A DNA stretch of 64,000 bases from Macrostomum lignano (lineage: Eukaryota): positions 55,045-119,044 of the forward strand of contig NIVC01003107.1 in NCBI GenBank assembly GCA_002269645.1. The letters run 5' to 3'. Under the pieces are notes generated by a model, which was given only the letters and a program-made list of their open reading frames with translations, was not told where the DNA came from and ran no database searches. The position numbers and the translations under genes were made by a program. The first letter of the stretch is position 1. Every line of letters begins with the position of its first letter. Shown one piece after another: positions 23,090 through 36,951 of the stretch.

Positions 23090-24765
23090 GATCATTACAA
23101 GTGAAATGGCACCCATTACAAATGAAATGACACCCATTACAAGTGAAATGGCACCCATTACAAATGAAATGACACCCATTACAAGTGAAATGGCACCCAT
23201 TACAAATCAAATGGCACCCATTACAAGTGAAATGACACCCATTACAAATCAAATGGCACCCATTACAAGTGAAATGGCACCCATTACAAATGAAATGACA
23301 CCCATTACAAATCAAATGGCACCCATTACAAGTGAAATGGCACCCATTACAAGTGAAATGGCACCCATTACAAGTGAAATGACACCCATTACAAATCAAA
23401 TGGCACCCATTACAAGTGAAATGGCACCCATTACAAGTGAAATGGCACCCATTGCAAATCAAATGACACCCATTACAAGTGAAATGGCACCCATTGCAAA
23501 TCAAATGACACCCATTGCAAATAAAATGGCACCCATTGCAAATCAAATGACACCCATTGCAAATAAAATGGCACCCATTGCAAATAAAATGGCACCCATT
23601 GCAAATAAAATGGCACCCATTGCAAATCAAATGACACCCATTGCAAATGAAATGGCACCCATTGCAAATAAAATGGCACCCATTGCAAATAAAATGGCAC
23701 CCATTGCAAATAAAATGGCACCCATTGCAAATCAAATGACACCCATTGCAAATCAAATGACACCCATTGCAAATAAAATGGCACCCATTGCAAATCAAAT
23801 AACACCCATTGCAAATCAAATGACACCCATTGCAAATCAAATGACACCCATTGCAAATAAAATGGCACCCATTGCAAATAAAATGGCACCCATTGCAAAT
23901 AAAATGGCACCCATTGCAAATAAAATGGCACCCATTGCAAATAAAATGGCACCCATTGCAAATAAAATGGCACCCATTGCAAATAAAATGGCACCCATTG
24001 CAAATAAAATGACACCCATTGCAAATAAAATGACACCCATTGCAAATCAAATGACACCCATTGCAAATCAAATGACACCCATTGCAAATAAAATGGCACC
24101 CATTGCAAATCAAATGACACCCATTGCAAATGAAATGGCACCCATTGCAAATAAAATGGCACCCATTGCAAATAAAATGGCACCCATTGCAAATAAAATG
24201 ACACCCATTGCAAATAAAATGACACCCATTGCAAATCAAATGACACCCATTGCAAATCAAATGACACCCATTGCAAATAAAATGGCACCCATTGCAAATC
24301 AAATGACACCCATTGCAAATAAAATGGCACCCATTGCAAATCAAATGACACCCATTGCAAATCAAATGACACCCATTGCAAGTGAAATGGCACCCATTGC
24401 AAATAAAATGACACCCATTACAAGTGAAATGGCACCCATTGCAAATAAAATGGCACCCATTGCAAATCAAATGACACCCATTGCAAATAAAATGGCACCC
24501 ATTACAAATGAAATGGCACCCATTGCAAATCAAATGGCACCCATTGCAAATGAAATGGCACCCATTGCAAATAAAATGGCACCCATTGCAAATAAAATGA
24601 CACCCATTGCAAGTGAAATGGCACCCATTGCAAATAAAATGACACCCATTACAAGTGAAATGGCACCCATTGCAAATAAAATGGCACCCATTGCAAATCA
24701 AATGACACCCATTGCAAATAAAATGGCACCCATTGCAAATAAAATGGCACCCATTACAAGTGAAA
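23090..24765. repeat. 21-bp minisatellite (CCCATTGCAAATAAAATGGCA)n, about 80 copies
   Basis: Tandem units visible directly. Confidence 0.97.
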
Positions 24766-26484
24766 CGACCCCCTGTTTGTGCACTTTTCAATCGTATTTC
24801 TTAAGCAAGCACCTTTTTTCGAATAGATTATTGGATGGACAGGACTAGCACAGCTCTATAAATCCATCAGCATGGTTCAGCCGATATCTCTCTGCAGCAC
24901 AGCAACTGGACTCTTCCCCACTACTGTCCTGTCCCATCATCCCCATCGCGTTTCCTATTCCGGCAATTTCTATGAGTTAACTGTGATCTAGACCGGGGGT
25001 AAGGGGGGGGAGAGGAGGCGGCATGGGATCTGGAAAGCGGCTGTCCAGGCAGGCAAAAAAGCCGGCCGCTCGTGGCCATGCAGCCAAATCCCCCCGCTGA
25101 CTGACTGAAAGAATAAATCAAGCAGATAATTTTCAATGGGTGAGGGAGGAGGAGGGAGGCCCGCAGAGCTGGGGGAGGGGGGGGGGGTTGCCGGTCGCCC
25201 TCGCGGTTTTGGCTACAGTAAGCGATGGTTATATAGTCGTACTCATAGTATTAGTAGTTTTAGTAGCAGCAGCAGTAGTATATAAAAACCTCAATAAGCA
25301 ATCGATTAATTGCTTTACAAAGTTGGTCGGTCCTGCGCTTCGCTTCCTACTCTTTGTGGGCAAATGCGGTGGCTTGGGATTTGAATTCAGAATGGGATCT
25401 GCTCCCAGATTATTATTTGTCTATCGATGACGGCGCGCGCAGAAAAAGCTGGATAATTGCTGCAGAGAAGCAAACAATTAGACTCTGATTGTGTTGCTAA
25501 TGTTACTTACATAGTACTATACATAAAGTAGCATAATATTATATAATTTCGCTATGAACGATTCGGGCCCACTGAAGCAAACTGACGGCTAGAGTAGTCT
25601 CAGCTGGATCTGCCCTAGCAACTAAAAATTGAGATTTTATTATAGAGAGTAATGAGTTATGGTAGAGTCGTGAGATATGAATATATATATGAATGAAGCT
25701 GTGAATGCGTCAATTTGATTTCATAGGCAATAAAAGAAAAGCAAAAGCTATTGACCGATATGTATCGAAAATGAATCTAACGATTTAATTTATTGTCACG
25801 AGAATATGAGCGTACGAAATCAAAATATTTTAAAATTATTTTGGGTGGCAAAAAGGTCTCCCTATTCCCGGAAATAGAAGATCTACTTTGTAATTTTCCC
25901 TCCAAGGCGATATGCCGATATGCATCGAAAGTAACTTAACGGAGCAGCAGTTTTCATTACAATCTTTATTACTACATACATATATGCCGACATGTATCGA
26001 AAATAGCTTTACTGCATTATTTTTTTAATATTATATATTTCCAACTCCGCGGGCTTCCGCGATAGAGAGAGGAGAGAAGATATAATGAGGAGAGACGGGC
26101 AGAGCAGCAATTAGTTGAGTACAGCAGAGTTCCGTGTCCGTGATGCAGCATTTGATGCGGCTGGCCAGCATCTCATAAAATATTCGCACGCAACGCTGAC
26201 AGGTCTGAGGGGTTGCAGAACAGCTCAACTTGACATGCTTCATATCTCGGGACCAGACGACTCAAACTTCAATGCAGACTGGCTGGCATAATCTCTTCTA
26301 CTGCTGTTTCTGAGCGCTCTTTGCGCATTTATTCAAATCATAAAACTGTCCATCAGTTTCGGGACCTGGCAGAATCCAGACCTGTCACCCTATTTTTATT
26401 AATTTTTCTGCACTTGATTGGCGATAACTATTAATAGCCACTAAAACAATGTACTTTAGCGGGCATAAAATAGTCTATAGTCTA

Positions 26485-26555
26485 TTCTCGGCTTATAGTC
26501 GGCTATAGCGTCTGCCTCGTGTGCGGCAGGACGCGGGTTCGAATCCCGGTAGGTA
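26485..26555 (+). other. Degenerate tRNA-like sequence (tRNA pseudogene or SINE head)
   Basis: B-box GGTTCGAATCCC at ~26536-26547; CTGCC/GGCAG stem with an 8-nt loop; poor acceptor stem. Confidence 0.35.
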
Positions 26556-26760
26556 AAAAATCATTTAAACTAAGCTTCAATATACTACTTCATTTCGAAT
26601 TAAAAAGCGAACTTGGTGAGTTGGGAAGGTTCAGATTTAATTTAATGAAACTGGAAGAAATCATCATCATAATTATAAGGTTTCAAACACACGGACAAAA
26701 AACAGTCAATGGCTTGAGCTCCATGAGCTCTTGAGCTCCATGGAAAAGTTCCCAAGATTT

Positions 26761-29700
26761 TCAAGCATCGAATTTGGCCAAAAAGTTCTCAAGGTTGCGA
26801 CCCTCGCGAGCCAGCACCCTGGCGTTGAGACGGGCGTTCTCCAGGGCCTGCTTGATGTTCCGTTCCGCCGAGGGCAGCGGGTTGGCCTGGAAGAACGTCT
26901 CGATGTCCTCTGCGTCCTCCGAGCTGCAGAAATTTTTGCACACCTGCTGCACCAGGCGACTCAGCAGGATCTGGCCGCGGAGCTTCTCCTGAAACCAGGC
27001 CCAGTTGCACTTGATGAAGCGCCAAGTGGCCCGGCGGGACTCAAGGCTGGCGCTGCTGACGCTGCCAAGAACGTAGATCGAATCCTGCAGGCGGACTTTG
27101 TCGCCGCTGACAACCAGCTGAAAGACCCGCTGGCGCAGCTGCGGATCCCGGCTGCTGCCCAGGCTGCGTTGGATTCGATCCTGGGGTTTCGTTTCCAAGG
27201 CGAAGATAGTTTTCAGACTGTTGGAGTTGACATGCTCATAAGCGCTAATCCACTCACGATCCCTAATGAGATTCCCGATCCCTGATCACTTAATCTCCCC
27301 AGATCCCTACTGCCCTCCAGATCCCTAATCCCCTCGAGATCCCTAATCCCCTCCAGATCCTTAATCCTCTCCAGATCCCTGATCCCCTCCAGATCCCTAA
27401 TCCCCTCAAGATCCCTAATTCTCTTCAGATCCATAATCCCCTCCAGATCCCCAATACCTCCAGATCCCTAATCCCCTCCAGATCCTTAATCCTCTCCAGA
27501 TCCCTGATCCCCTCCAGATCCACAATCCTCCACCTTGCTTCACCTTCTCCTCCTGCAAGTCGGTCTTGTCCATCAGATCAAGCGCAGCCTCGAACTCCGG
27601 ACCTCCACCGTTGGACAGCATAGTGCGGTAGATGCTGTCCCGCAGGTCGGCAGGTATGGCGCACTCCCCAGAGCAGTGCCGGGCAAACCTGGCCCGGGCC
27701 TCGGCCACCACTGACGGGTGTCCGGCCAGGCCAAGCGCGCGAATCAGCGCCGCCCTCAGCAGGGCGACGTCGTGCCCGTCGCCCGGTTGGGCGTCCCAGC
27801 CGCCGCAGCGCTGGAAGGCCGGCTCGCACAGCTGGCAGACGAAGCTGCGCCACTGCTGACTGAGGCCCAGCTGGTCCACAAGCACCTGGATAGTGGCGGC
27901 CAGGTTGTCAAGCAGGTCGGCCCAGACGGTGTAGAACTGCTCCACTTTGTAGGCGTCGACCACCTGCAGCAGCTGAACGATCGACAGTCGACCGGCCGAA
28001 AACAGCGCGAACAGATCGCTCTCCAGATTGAACCGGTCGCGTTGGCTGAGCTGGAAAAAATATCCAGATATATAGGTACAACAATAACCCGGGGAGTGAC
28101 TCTGGATGTGTCAGGAGAGTGACTCTGGATGTGTCAGGAGAGTGACTCTGAATGTGTCAAAAGAGTGACTCTGAATGTGTCAGGAGAGAGTGTGACTATC
28201 AACGTGTCAGAAGAGAGTGACTATCAATGTGCCAGGAGAGTGACTATCAATGTGCCAGGAGAGTGACTATCAATGTGTCAGAAGACTGACTATCAATGTG
28301 CCAGGAAAGTGACTATCAATGTGCCAGGAGAGTGACTATCAATGTGCCAGGAGAGTGACTATCAATGTGTCAGAAGAGTGACTATCAATGTGCCAGGAGA
28401 GTGACTATCAATGTGCCAGGAGAGTGACTATCAATGTGTCAGAAGAGTGACTCTGAATGTGTCAGAAGAGTGACTCTGAATGTGTCAGGAAAGTGACTAT
28501 CAATGTGCCAGGGGAGTGACTATCAATGTGTCAGAAGAGTGACTATCAATGTGCCAGGAGAGTGACTCTGAATGTGTCAGAAGAGTGACTCTGAATGTGT
28601 CAGGAGAGTGACTATCAATGTGTCAGGAGAGAGTGACTATCAATGTGCCAGGAGAGAGTGACTATCAATGTGTCAGAAGAGTGACTATCAATGTGTCAGA
28701 AGAGTGACTATCAATGTGTCAGAGGAGTGACTCTGAATGTGTCAGAAGAGTGACTCTGAATGTGTCAGGAGAGTGACTATCAATGTGTCAGGAGAGAGTG
28801 ACTATCAATGTGCCAGAAGAGTGACTATCAATGTGTCAGAGGAGTGACTCTGAATGTGTCAGAAGAGTGACTCTGAATGTGTCAGGAGAGTGACTATCAA
28901 TGTGTCAGGAGAGAGTGACTATCAATGTGTCAGAAGAGTGACTATCAATGTGTCAGAGGAGTGACTCTGAATGTGTCAGAAGAGTGACTCTGAATGTGTC
29001 AGGAGAGTGACTATCAATGTGTCAGGAGAGAGTGACTATCAATGTGCCAGAAGAGTGACTATCAATGTGTCAGAAGAGTGACTATCAATGTGCCAGGAAA
29101 GTGATTATCAATGTGCCAGGGGAGTGACTATCAATGTGTCAGAAGAGTGACTCCAACCTTCTGACAGTCACTCTCCTAAGTTTCCACCATGTGCTAACTG
29201 CAACAAATTCTACTTAATTTGCAGACACTGACGGAAAATGCCGATTGCCGATATGTAGTGATAAAAACTATTTCAAGGAAATAATAAAACATTTTTATAC
29301 TTATCGTACATATCGGGAATCGAGTGTATGAAATAATCAAAATATAAGTCATTAAAATGAATTCAACACCAACCTCTCCTACACGTATACTCGTGCCTCT
29401 CCCTTCCTTTTAAAGTTTAAATAAAAAAATTCAAAGCGTTGGGGAATCGAACCCGGGACCTGCCAGTAATGCTCTCTCTGTCACTCACCTGTCCCCGCTG
29501 CAGCGCAGCAATGAGATCCGTCAGCATCTCCTCGCTGTACAAAGTCCTGTAGACTCCAACAAAGCCAGGGTTCAGCTTCACCCAGGCCGCCTTTGGCACG
29601 CGAACTGCGGCCGACTTCTCCGTTAGCAACAGGTTTATCTTAACACCCTCGGCTGTCAGAACCTGGATTGGAACTCGCCAAGCTGCGAGGCTTGAGTTCG

Positions 29701-32700
29701 AGCCAAACTGGAATCGCTCCTGCGAGATGCTGAGCTCCAACTGCTGTCCATCATCATTGTCAGCGGGTTTGGCCGAGACGCTGATTAACGGATAGCCCAT
29801 CTGCTTCGTCCAGGTGCCCATCACGAAATCCACAGGCTGGCCAGAGGCCTCCTCGAGCGCTTTCCAAAGCTGCTCCGTCTGGGCATTTGAGTACTTGTGC
29901 CGGTCCAGGTAGCGGCTGAGGCCGTCGCGAAATGCCTCCTGGCCCAGCCATTCGTGCAGCATGCGGATCACCGAGGCGCCCTAAAATTATTTAAGAGCTT
30001 ATTAGTTTAACAGATAGGTAGTGGCAGATTTGCGAAAACGGCCCACTCAGGGACAGATGTGATAAAGCAGGCCATTTAGAAACAGATTTGATAAACCGGC
30101 CCATTTAGGTACGGAATTGCTAAACCGGCCCATTTAGGTACTGACAGATTTGATACGCTCGTAAAACAGGCCCTGAAAGATTTGATAAGACGGCCCGGCC
30201 CATTTAGGGACAGATTTGCTAAAACGGCCCATTTAGGTACGGATTTGCTAAAACGGCCCATTTAGGTACTGACAGATCTGACAAGCTTGTAAAACAGGCC
30301 ATTTAGGGAAAGATTGATAAAACAGGCCATTTAGAAACAGATTTGTTAAAACGGCCCATTTATGTACGGATTTGCAAAAACGGCCCATTTTGGGACAGCA
30401 TTTTTCAAACGGCCCATTTAAGCAACAGATTTGCTAAAAGGCCGTTGAAGTGTCGCTGACATTTCAAGCACAAAAACAGAAGCGTTTTTTAAAACAAACC
30501 TTGCAGTAGCTGATTGCGTCAAAAATCTCGTCAATCTCGCAGGGACTTCCAATTGGAACCTCGATCGGGTGGCTGCTGTCCAAAGCGTCAAGCACCAACG
30601 CTCTTGACAGGTCGCTCTTGACAAACCGAGTCCAAATGTCAAATTCTGGGTAGCATTGATCAACGCACAGGTATTGGATCCAGGAGGCGAAGCCTTCGTT
30701 TAGCCAGAGATGGGTCCACCATTGCATGGTAACCAGGTTGCCGAACCACTGGTGAGCCAGCTCGTGACCAACGATTAGGGCCACCTTACAGGTTAGAGAT
30801 GTGATTATTGGGGTAACACTATTGATAGTAAAAAAGTATGCGGTTACAGAGAATATAATTTATTGAATAACTGAGTTACTTAAGGGCGATTTCGAGGTAC
30901 TTCGGGAAATTCTGAGCTACTTGAGACGATTCTGAGGTACTTGGGGCGATTCTGAGGTACTTGGGGCGATTCTGAGGTACTTGGGGCGATTCTGAGGTAC
31001 TTGGGGCGGCGATTCTGAGGTACTTGGGGCGATTCTGAGGTACTTGGGGCGATTCTGAGGTACTTGGGGCGATTCTGAGGTACTTGGGGCGATTCTGAGG
31101 TACTTGGGGCGATTCTGAGGTACTTGAGGCGATTCTGAGGTACTTGAGGCGATTCTGAGGTACTTGAGGCGATTCTGAGGTACTTGGGGCGATTCTGAGG
31201 TACTTGGGGCGATTCTGAGGTACTTGAGGCGATTCTGAGGTACTTGAGGCGATTCTGAGGTACTTGGGGCGATTCTGAGGTACTTGGGGCGATTCTGAGG
31301 TACTTGGGGCGATTCTGAGGTACTTGGGGCGATTCTGAGGTACTTGGGGCGATTCTGAGGTACTTGGGGCGATTCTGAGGTACTTGAGGCGATTCTGAGG
31401 TACTTGAGGCGATTCTGAGGTACTTGGGGCGATTCTGAGGTACTTGGGGCGATTCTGAGGTACTTGAGGCGATTCTGAGGTACTTGAGGCGATTCTGAGG
31501 TACTTGGGGCGATTCTGAGGTACTTGGGGCGATTCTGAGGTACTTGGGGCGATTCTGAGGTACTTGGGGCGATTCTGAGGTACTTGAGGCGATTCTGAGG
31601 TACTTGGGGCGATTCTGAGGTACTTGGGGCGATTCTGAGGTACTTGGGGCGATTCTGAGGTACTTGGGGCGATTCTGAGGTACTTGGGGCGATTCTGAGG
31701 TACTTGGGACGATTCTGAGGTACTTGGGGCGATTCTGAGGTACTTGGGGCGATTCTGAGGTACTTGGGGCGATTCTGAGGTACTTGGGGCGATTCTGAGG
31801 TACTTGGGGCGATTCTGAGGTACTTGGGGCGATTCTGAGGTACTTGGGGCGATTCTGAGGTACTTGGGGCGATTCTGAGGTACTTGAGGCGATTCTGAGG
31901 TACTTGAGGCGATTCTGAGGTACTTGAGGCGATTCTGAGGTACTTGAGGCGATTCTGAGGTACTTGAAGCGATTCTGAGGTATTTGGGGCGATTCGAGAC
32001 ACTGGGGCGATTTTGAGGTACCTGAGGCGATTCTGAGACACTGGGGCGATTTTGAGGTACTTAAGGCGATTCTGAGATACTTAAGGCGATTCTGAGATAC
32101 TTAAAACGATTCTGAGATACTTAAGGCGATTCTGAGGTACTTAAGGCGATTTTGAGATACTTAAGGCGATTCTGAGGTACTACTTCAAATAGAAGCCATA
32201 TCAGAGATAGTTGATAATAAAGCTGACTGAATGTAACCATAAATTTCATTAAAATTAAAAATGAACTTGATTACGTCAACAACGGAAGCTCCGCCTTGGC
32301 TCGGTGTGCTCACCCGTTCTTTAGTAGCCGCACTGGAGTTGTCGGTGTCCACCAGCAGCGCAGTCTCGCGGTAGGTGACCAGACCCCAGTTCTCCATGGC
32401 CCCGAACGCCAGGTCCGGCACAGCGACAAGATCCAGCTTAGGCAGGGGATAGGCGACGCTGAAAAAGTCCTTATAAAATGGCAGAGTCTTCCTAGCAACG
32501 TCCAGCGCGAATCGGCCCTGCTCCCGCCGGCCAGCCGGGGTGTAAACTCGCAGTAGAACATTGTCGGAGTCGAAATCTTCGACGTAGTCGAATCTGCCTA
32601 CGGCGAACGCCAGCAGATAGGTGGACATGATCGGTGACTGCTGGAACTTCACCGAGACAAGACCGCTGGAGATGTCCGATCGGCTTTGCTCCGGCATGTT

Positions 32701-33347
32701 GGAAAGCGCTATGAGGTCTTTGTCCACTAGCATAGTGACATCGAAGGTTGCCTTCAGCTCCGGCTCGTCCCAGCAGGGCAGGCAGCGGCGGGCGTCGGTT
32801 GGCGCGAACTGGGTGACGGCGCAGCGAACCTCGGCGCCAGTGCTGGAGTCGGTGTACACCGTCCGGTAGAAACCCTTCATACGATTGTTCAGAGCGCCGC
32901 TGAATGACAGGCTGAGCTGGCCCCGACCGACTGGCAGGGCCGAGTTGAATGACAGCTTGACGGTCTCCTCGGGTTCGTTGAAGCTGATTTCAGCCTCGGC
33001 TGCAAGGGGGATATGCGATGGGATCTTTGAAAACCTCTCGGCATGTCAATACAATCAAATATAGCATTTGAATAGGTGCAATTAACTTTACCATACTAAA
33101 AATTGGCAATGAAATATTTAACTTTCTACTTAGGCACTTTTTCAGGAGTAGCTAGTTACGAAAATGAATCCATTTATTTAAAATACAGGAACTCACCATC
33201 GTTGAATTTTGCTGTTTCAATTTCGAGTTCGGCTGAATTCAACACCAAACTGTTGGTTGGTTCAATGATCTGGATGAGAAGAATCGGTTTACACTTTAAA
33301 TTACTAGAAAACAGATAAGTCGTGCGCACACAGACAACCTGACAAAC

Positions 33348-33379
<32 letters not shown>

Positions 33380-33408
33380 CACAGACAGACAGACAGACAG
33401 ACAGACAC

Positions 33409-33483
<75 letters not shown>

Positions 33484-36400
33484 TGTAATATTTTATTCCT
33501 TGCCTTAGAGGCAGTCTGAACTGTTAGCAATCGTGACAAATAATTAGCTGAATCATCGTATTGATTTAATGTACGTTCGCTCTCTATGTACATCGCAGGC
33601 TTAACTTCAACTTGCATAAATAAAGCGATCACTGCCTCACGGGGCCTTCGTGTTTTTGGTGCTGCCAAATACCGCGTGTTACAAGTGGTAGCAGAGCGTA
33701 CTATGGCAGAGGGCGGCAGTCACCGTGCGATTCCTAGGGCGTTCAGCTCAGGCAACTTTAAGGAGTGGCTCCAGCGGTTTGAGCTGTGCGCGGCAGCCAA
33801 CAAGTGGGTAAATGACAAGCATTTGCACCTGCCAACGTTTTTGGATGGTGAGGCTCTGGCTGTTTTTCTTGAGCTCGACGAGAATAGCAAGAGCGACTAC
33901 AGCAAAGTGACCAAAGCTCTGAGCCAGGCATTTCACCCGGACAGCCAGAAATTCTCAGCGCTGGATGCATTTGAGAACCGGAAGCTGCTGCCGGGCGAAT
34001 CTCCTCGACTCTTTCTCTATCACCTGAAGCAGCTGCTAAAGGACGCGGGCATCAGCGAGGCAGGCGCAACGGCCACCATGCTGACTCACCAGTTCATCCG
34101 CGGACTGCCGGAGGACATCAGCAAGCAGATCAGAGCGGACGCGTCAGCCAAGACCGTGAGTGACGCTCTCGCACGGGCACAACTGCTACTGGAGCTGCCT
34201 TCTGCCACCACGGACGGATTCAAGCAGCCTCTTGCAGCGGCAGCCGGAGCTGCAGGCAGCGCGGAGACTGCATAACTGCGGGCTGCGGTCAGCTCGCTGC
34301 AGGCGACCGTCCAAGACCTGGCGGCGAAGCTGGGCTCAGAGGTTTCGGACTCCTGCGCGATTCGCAGTGCGAGGAGACAGCGCGAGGTGACCTGCTGGAA
34401 CTGCCACCGCCGCGGTCACATCGCCAGGAACTGCAATCAGCCGTCGGGAAACGGCAAAGGCCGGGGCAGAGCCCGCACCCCTGGCCAGTTCTGAGCGCGG
34501 GCCCCAGCGTGAGTGGGTTGTTCCTGGGCGCAGAGGGGAGCGGTGCAGCCAGCAGCAGCGCAGCGGCAGTCGTCATCAGGCCGAACTCGGCGACATCCAA
34601 GCTGCAGTGCAGGATCGGAGGCGCGGACGTCACGGCGCTTATCGACTCAGGCAGCCAGGTGTCAATCGTGGACAAGCGGGTCCTGCAGAGCATGCGGCCA
34701 GCTCAGCTGGAGAGCGTGCACCTGGAGCTGCGGGCAGTCAACCAGCAAGCGGTGCCGGTGCGGCAGGTGGCCAGCCTGGCGGTGTCGCTCGGTGGCATCG
34801 AGCGGCGGCACCCGTTTTACGTGTCTGAAGGTCTGGTTGCTGCCGTCATCATCGGGCTGGACTTCATCAAGGCCTGCAACATGTGCCTGGACTTCAGCGA
34901 CAGTGCAGCAGAGACCCCATCAAAGGACTCTTGTGTGATCAACGGCGTGAGTCACCTCGATGCTGACAGTCAGCTCGAGGACATTGAAGAGAAGCTGGTG
35001 CCGGATTTCACCAAGGAGGAGATCGACCTGCCAGTCGCGGAGGACCCGGACATCCGAGCTTTGGTGCGCGAGTTCAGTGACATTTTCACCAGGCGGCCAG
35101 GGCTGACGGATCGACACGAGCACAGCATCCCGCTGACTGACGATGTCCCGGTGCGGATTCCGCCGAGGAAGCTGCCGGTGCACTGGGAGCCCGAGGTGAG
35201 GAAGTTGATTCAGGAGCTGCTGGACAATGACGTCATCGAGGAGTCGGACAGCCCGTACGTGGCGACCCCAGTGTACGTGCGGAAGAAGAACGGTGACCTG
35301 CGGTTGACGATCGATTACCGCGAGCTGAACAAGAAGACGGTGCGGTCAGCGCAGGGCATTCCGCAGATGGACTTCGTCAAGGACAAGTTGGCTGGCAACG
35401 AGATTTTCTCGGTGATCGACCTGAACGGCGGCTACTTCCAAATTCCGATGAAGCCGGAAGACAAGCAGAAGACGGCCTTCAGCCCAGGGCCCGGAATGCC
35501 GCTGTACCAGTTCAAGCGGATGCCGCAGGGCGTCTGCGGCGGCCCGAGCTCGTTCACCATCCTAATGAACCGCGTGTTCAAAGGCGCCGCGCAGACCTTC
35601 ACCTACATGGACGACACGCTGTGCTTCTACAGATCGAAGGCTGAGCATCTCCGGCACCTGCGAGAAGTCTTCGAGAAGATCAGAGGCGCTGGGCTCACCG
35701 TCCGAGGCAGCAAGTGCCAGCTAGGCCTGCCGGAGGTCACTTTTCTCGGCACCGTGTTCTCGGCTAAGGGTGCCACCGTGAGCCCTGAGAAGGTGCGCGC
35801 TATCCAGGAGTGGCCGATACCGCATTCGCCAACGCAGGTGCGGCAGTTCCTGGGCCTCTGCAACCAGTACAGGAAGTACGTGCCGAGCTTCTCCGACATC
35901 GCCGGGCCGCTGCACAGACTGACGAGCAAAACAGAGAAGTTCGAGTGGACCAGCGAGTGCGGCACGGCATTCCGACGTCTCAAGGAGGCCCTGCAGCAGC
36001 CGCCGATCATCGGCCACCCGGATTTCTCCAAGGAGTTCCAGCTCTACACGGATGCCAGCAACACCGGAGTCGGCATCGTGCTCAAGCAAGGAGACCAGGT
36101 GATTGAGTACTGCAGCAGAGCGCTTACGGCACCGGAGAAGGGCTACTCAACTGTCGAGAAGGAGTGCCTGGCTATCCTGCACGCCCTGAAGACCTACAGG
36201 CACTACCTGCTTGGCCGGCACTTCACGGTCTTCACCGACCACTGCCCGCTCACGTTTTTGAATTCTCAGCGGGTCGACAGCCATGGCCGGCTTGGGCGCT
36301 GGCGGTTGCTGCTGCAGGAGTTCGCCTTCACCATCAAGTATACCAAGGGCGTCGACAACGTGGAGGCGGACGGCCTGTCCAGGATGCACGAAAGCCACGG

Positions 36401-36723
36401 CGAGGTGATCGGAGCGTCGGCAACGGAGCTACAGCCGAAGGTGTCCAATCAGGAGATGCGGCAGGCGCAACTTGCCGATCCGAAGCTCAAGCTGGTCCTC
36501 GCGGCGCTGGAGAAGGACAGCACGACGCCACCAAGATGGTCGGACACCAGCCTGAGACACCTCAGCCGCATCTGGCGGAAGCTGAGGATCCAAGATGGCT
36601 TTCTCTGCCGGGCATTCAACGACGCCGCAGGACCGAGAGACGTTCCTGTGATTCCGGAGTCGCTGCGGCGCCAGTTCCTGACCGACTTCCACGAAGGCAT
36701 CGGCGGCCACTTCGGGCCAGAGA

Positions 36724-36800
<77 letters not shown>

Positions 36801-36909
36801 CAGACAGACAGACAGGCAGACAGACAGACAGACAGACACACAGACAGACAGACAGACAGACAGACACAGACAGACAGACAGGCAGACAGACAGACAGACA
36901 GACAGACAT

Positions 36910-36951
<42 letters not shown>

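Larger units (their letters stand above)
33484..36726 (+). mobile_element. 3'-truncated Ty3/Gypsy LTR retrotransposon (5' LTR, PBS, gag, pro-RT-RH, start of integrase) in NPEPPS intron 1, antisense to the host gene
   Basis: LTR 33484-33683 (TGTAA...TTACA, contains AATAAA); PBS TGGTAGCAGAG at 33686-33696, complementary to the animal tRNA-iMet 3' end; PR-RT-RH-IN domain order; no integrase core or 3' LTR. Confidence 0.93.

Noticed and set aside
22824-24848. 674-aa mucin-like ORF and the antisense 568-aa CNGCHFI Cys-rich ORF
   Set aside because: They are 15-bp and 21-bp minisatellites lying after a canonical GTGAGT donor, so they are intronic
24827-24848. Alternative tiny terminal exon (RLLDGQD*) making the SMB protein secreted
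   Set aside because: Phase-compatible, but it adds only 7 residues. The join to the 7TM exon at 37913 explains both orphan halves better. It cannot be excluded as a minor isoform.
26731-28122. Plus-strand ORFs of 134-184 aa
   Set aside because: Antisense shadows of GC-rich NPEPPS exons
30917-32041. 374-aa repetitive minus-strand ORF
   Set aside because: Translation of the 20-bp intronic minisatellite
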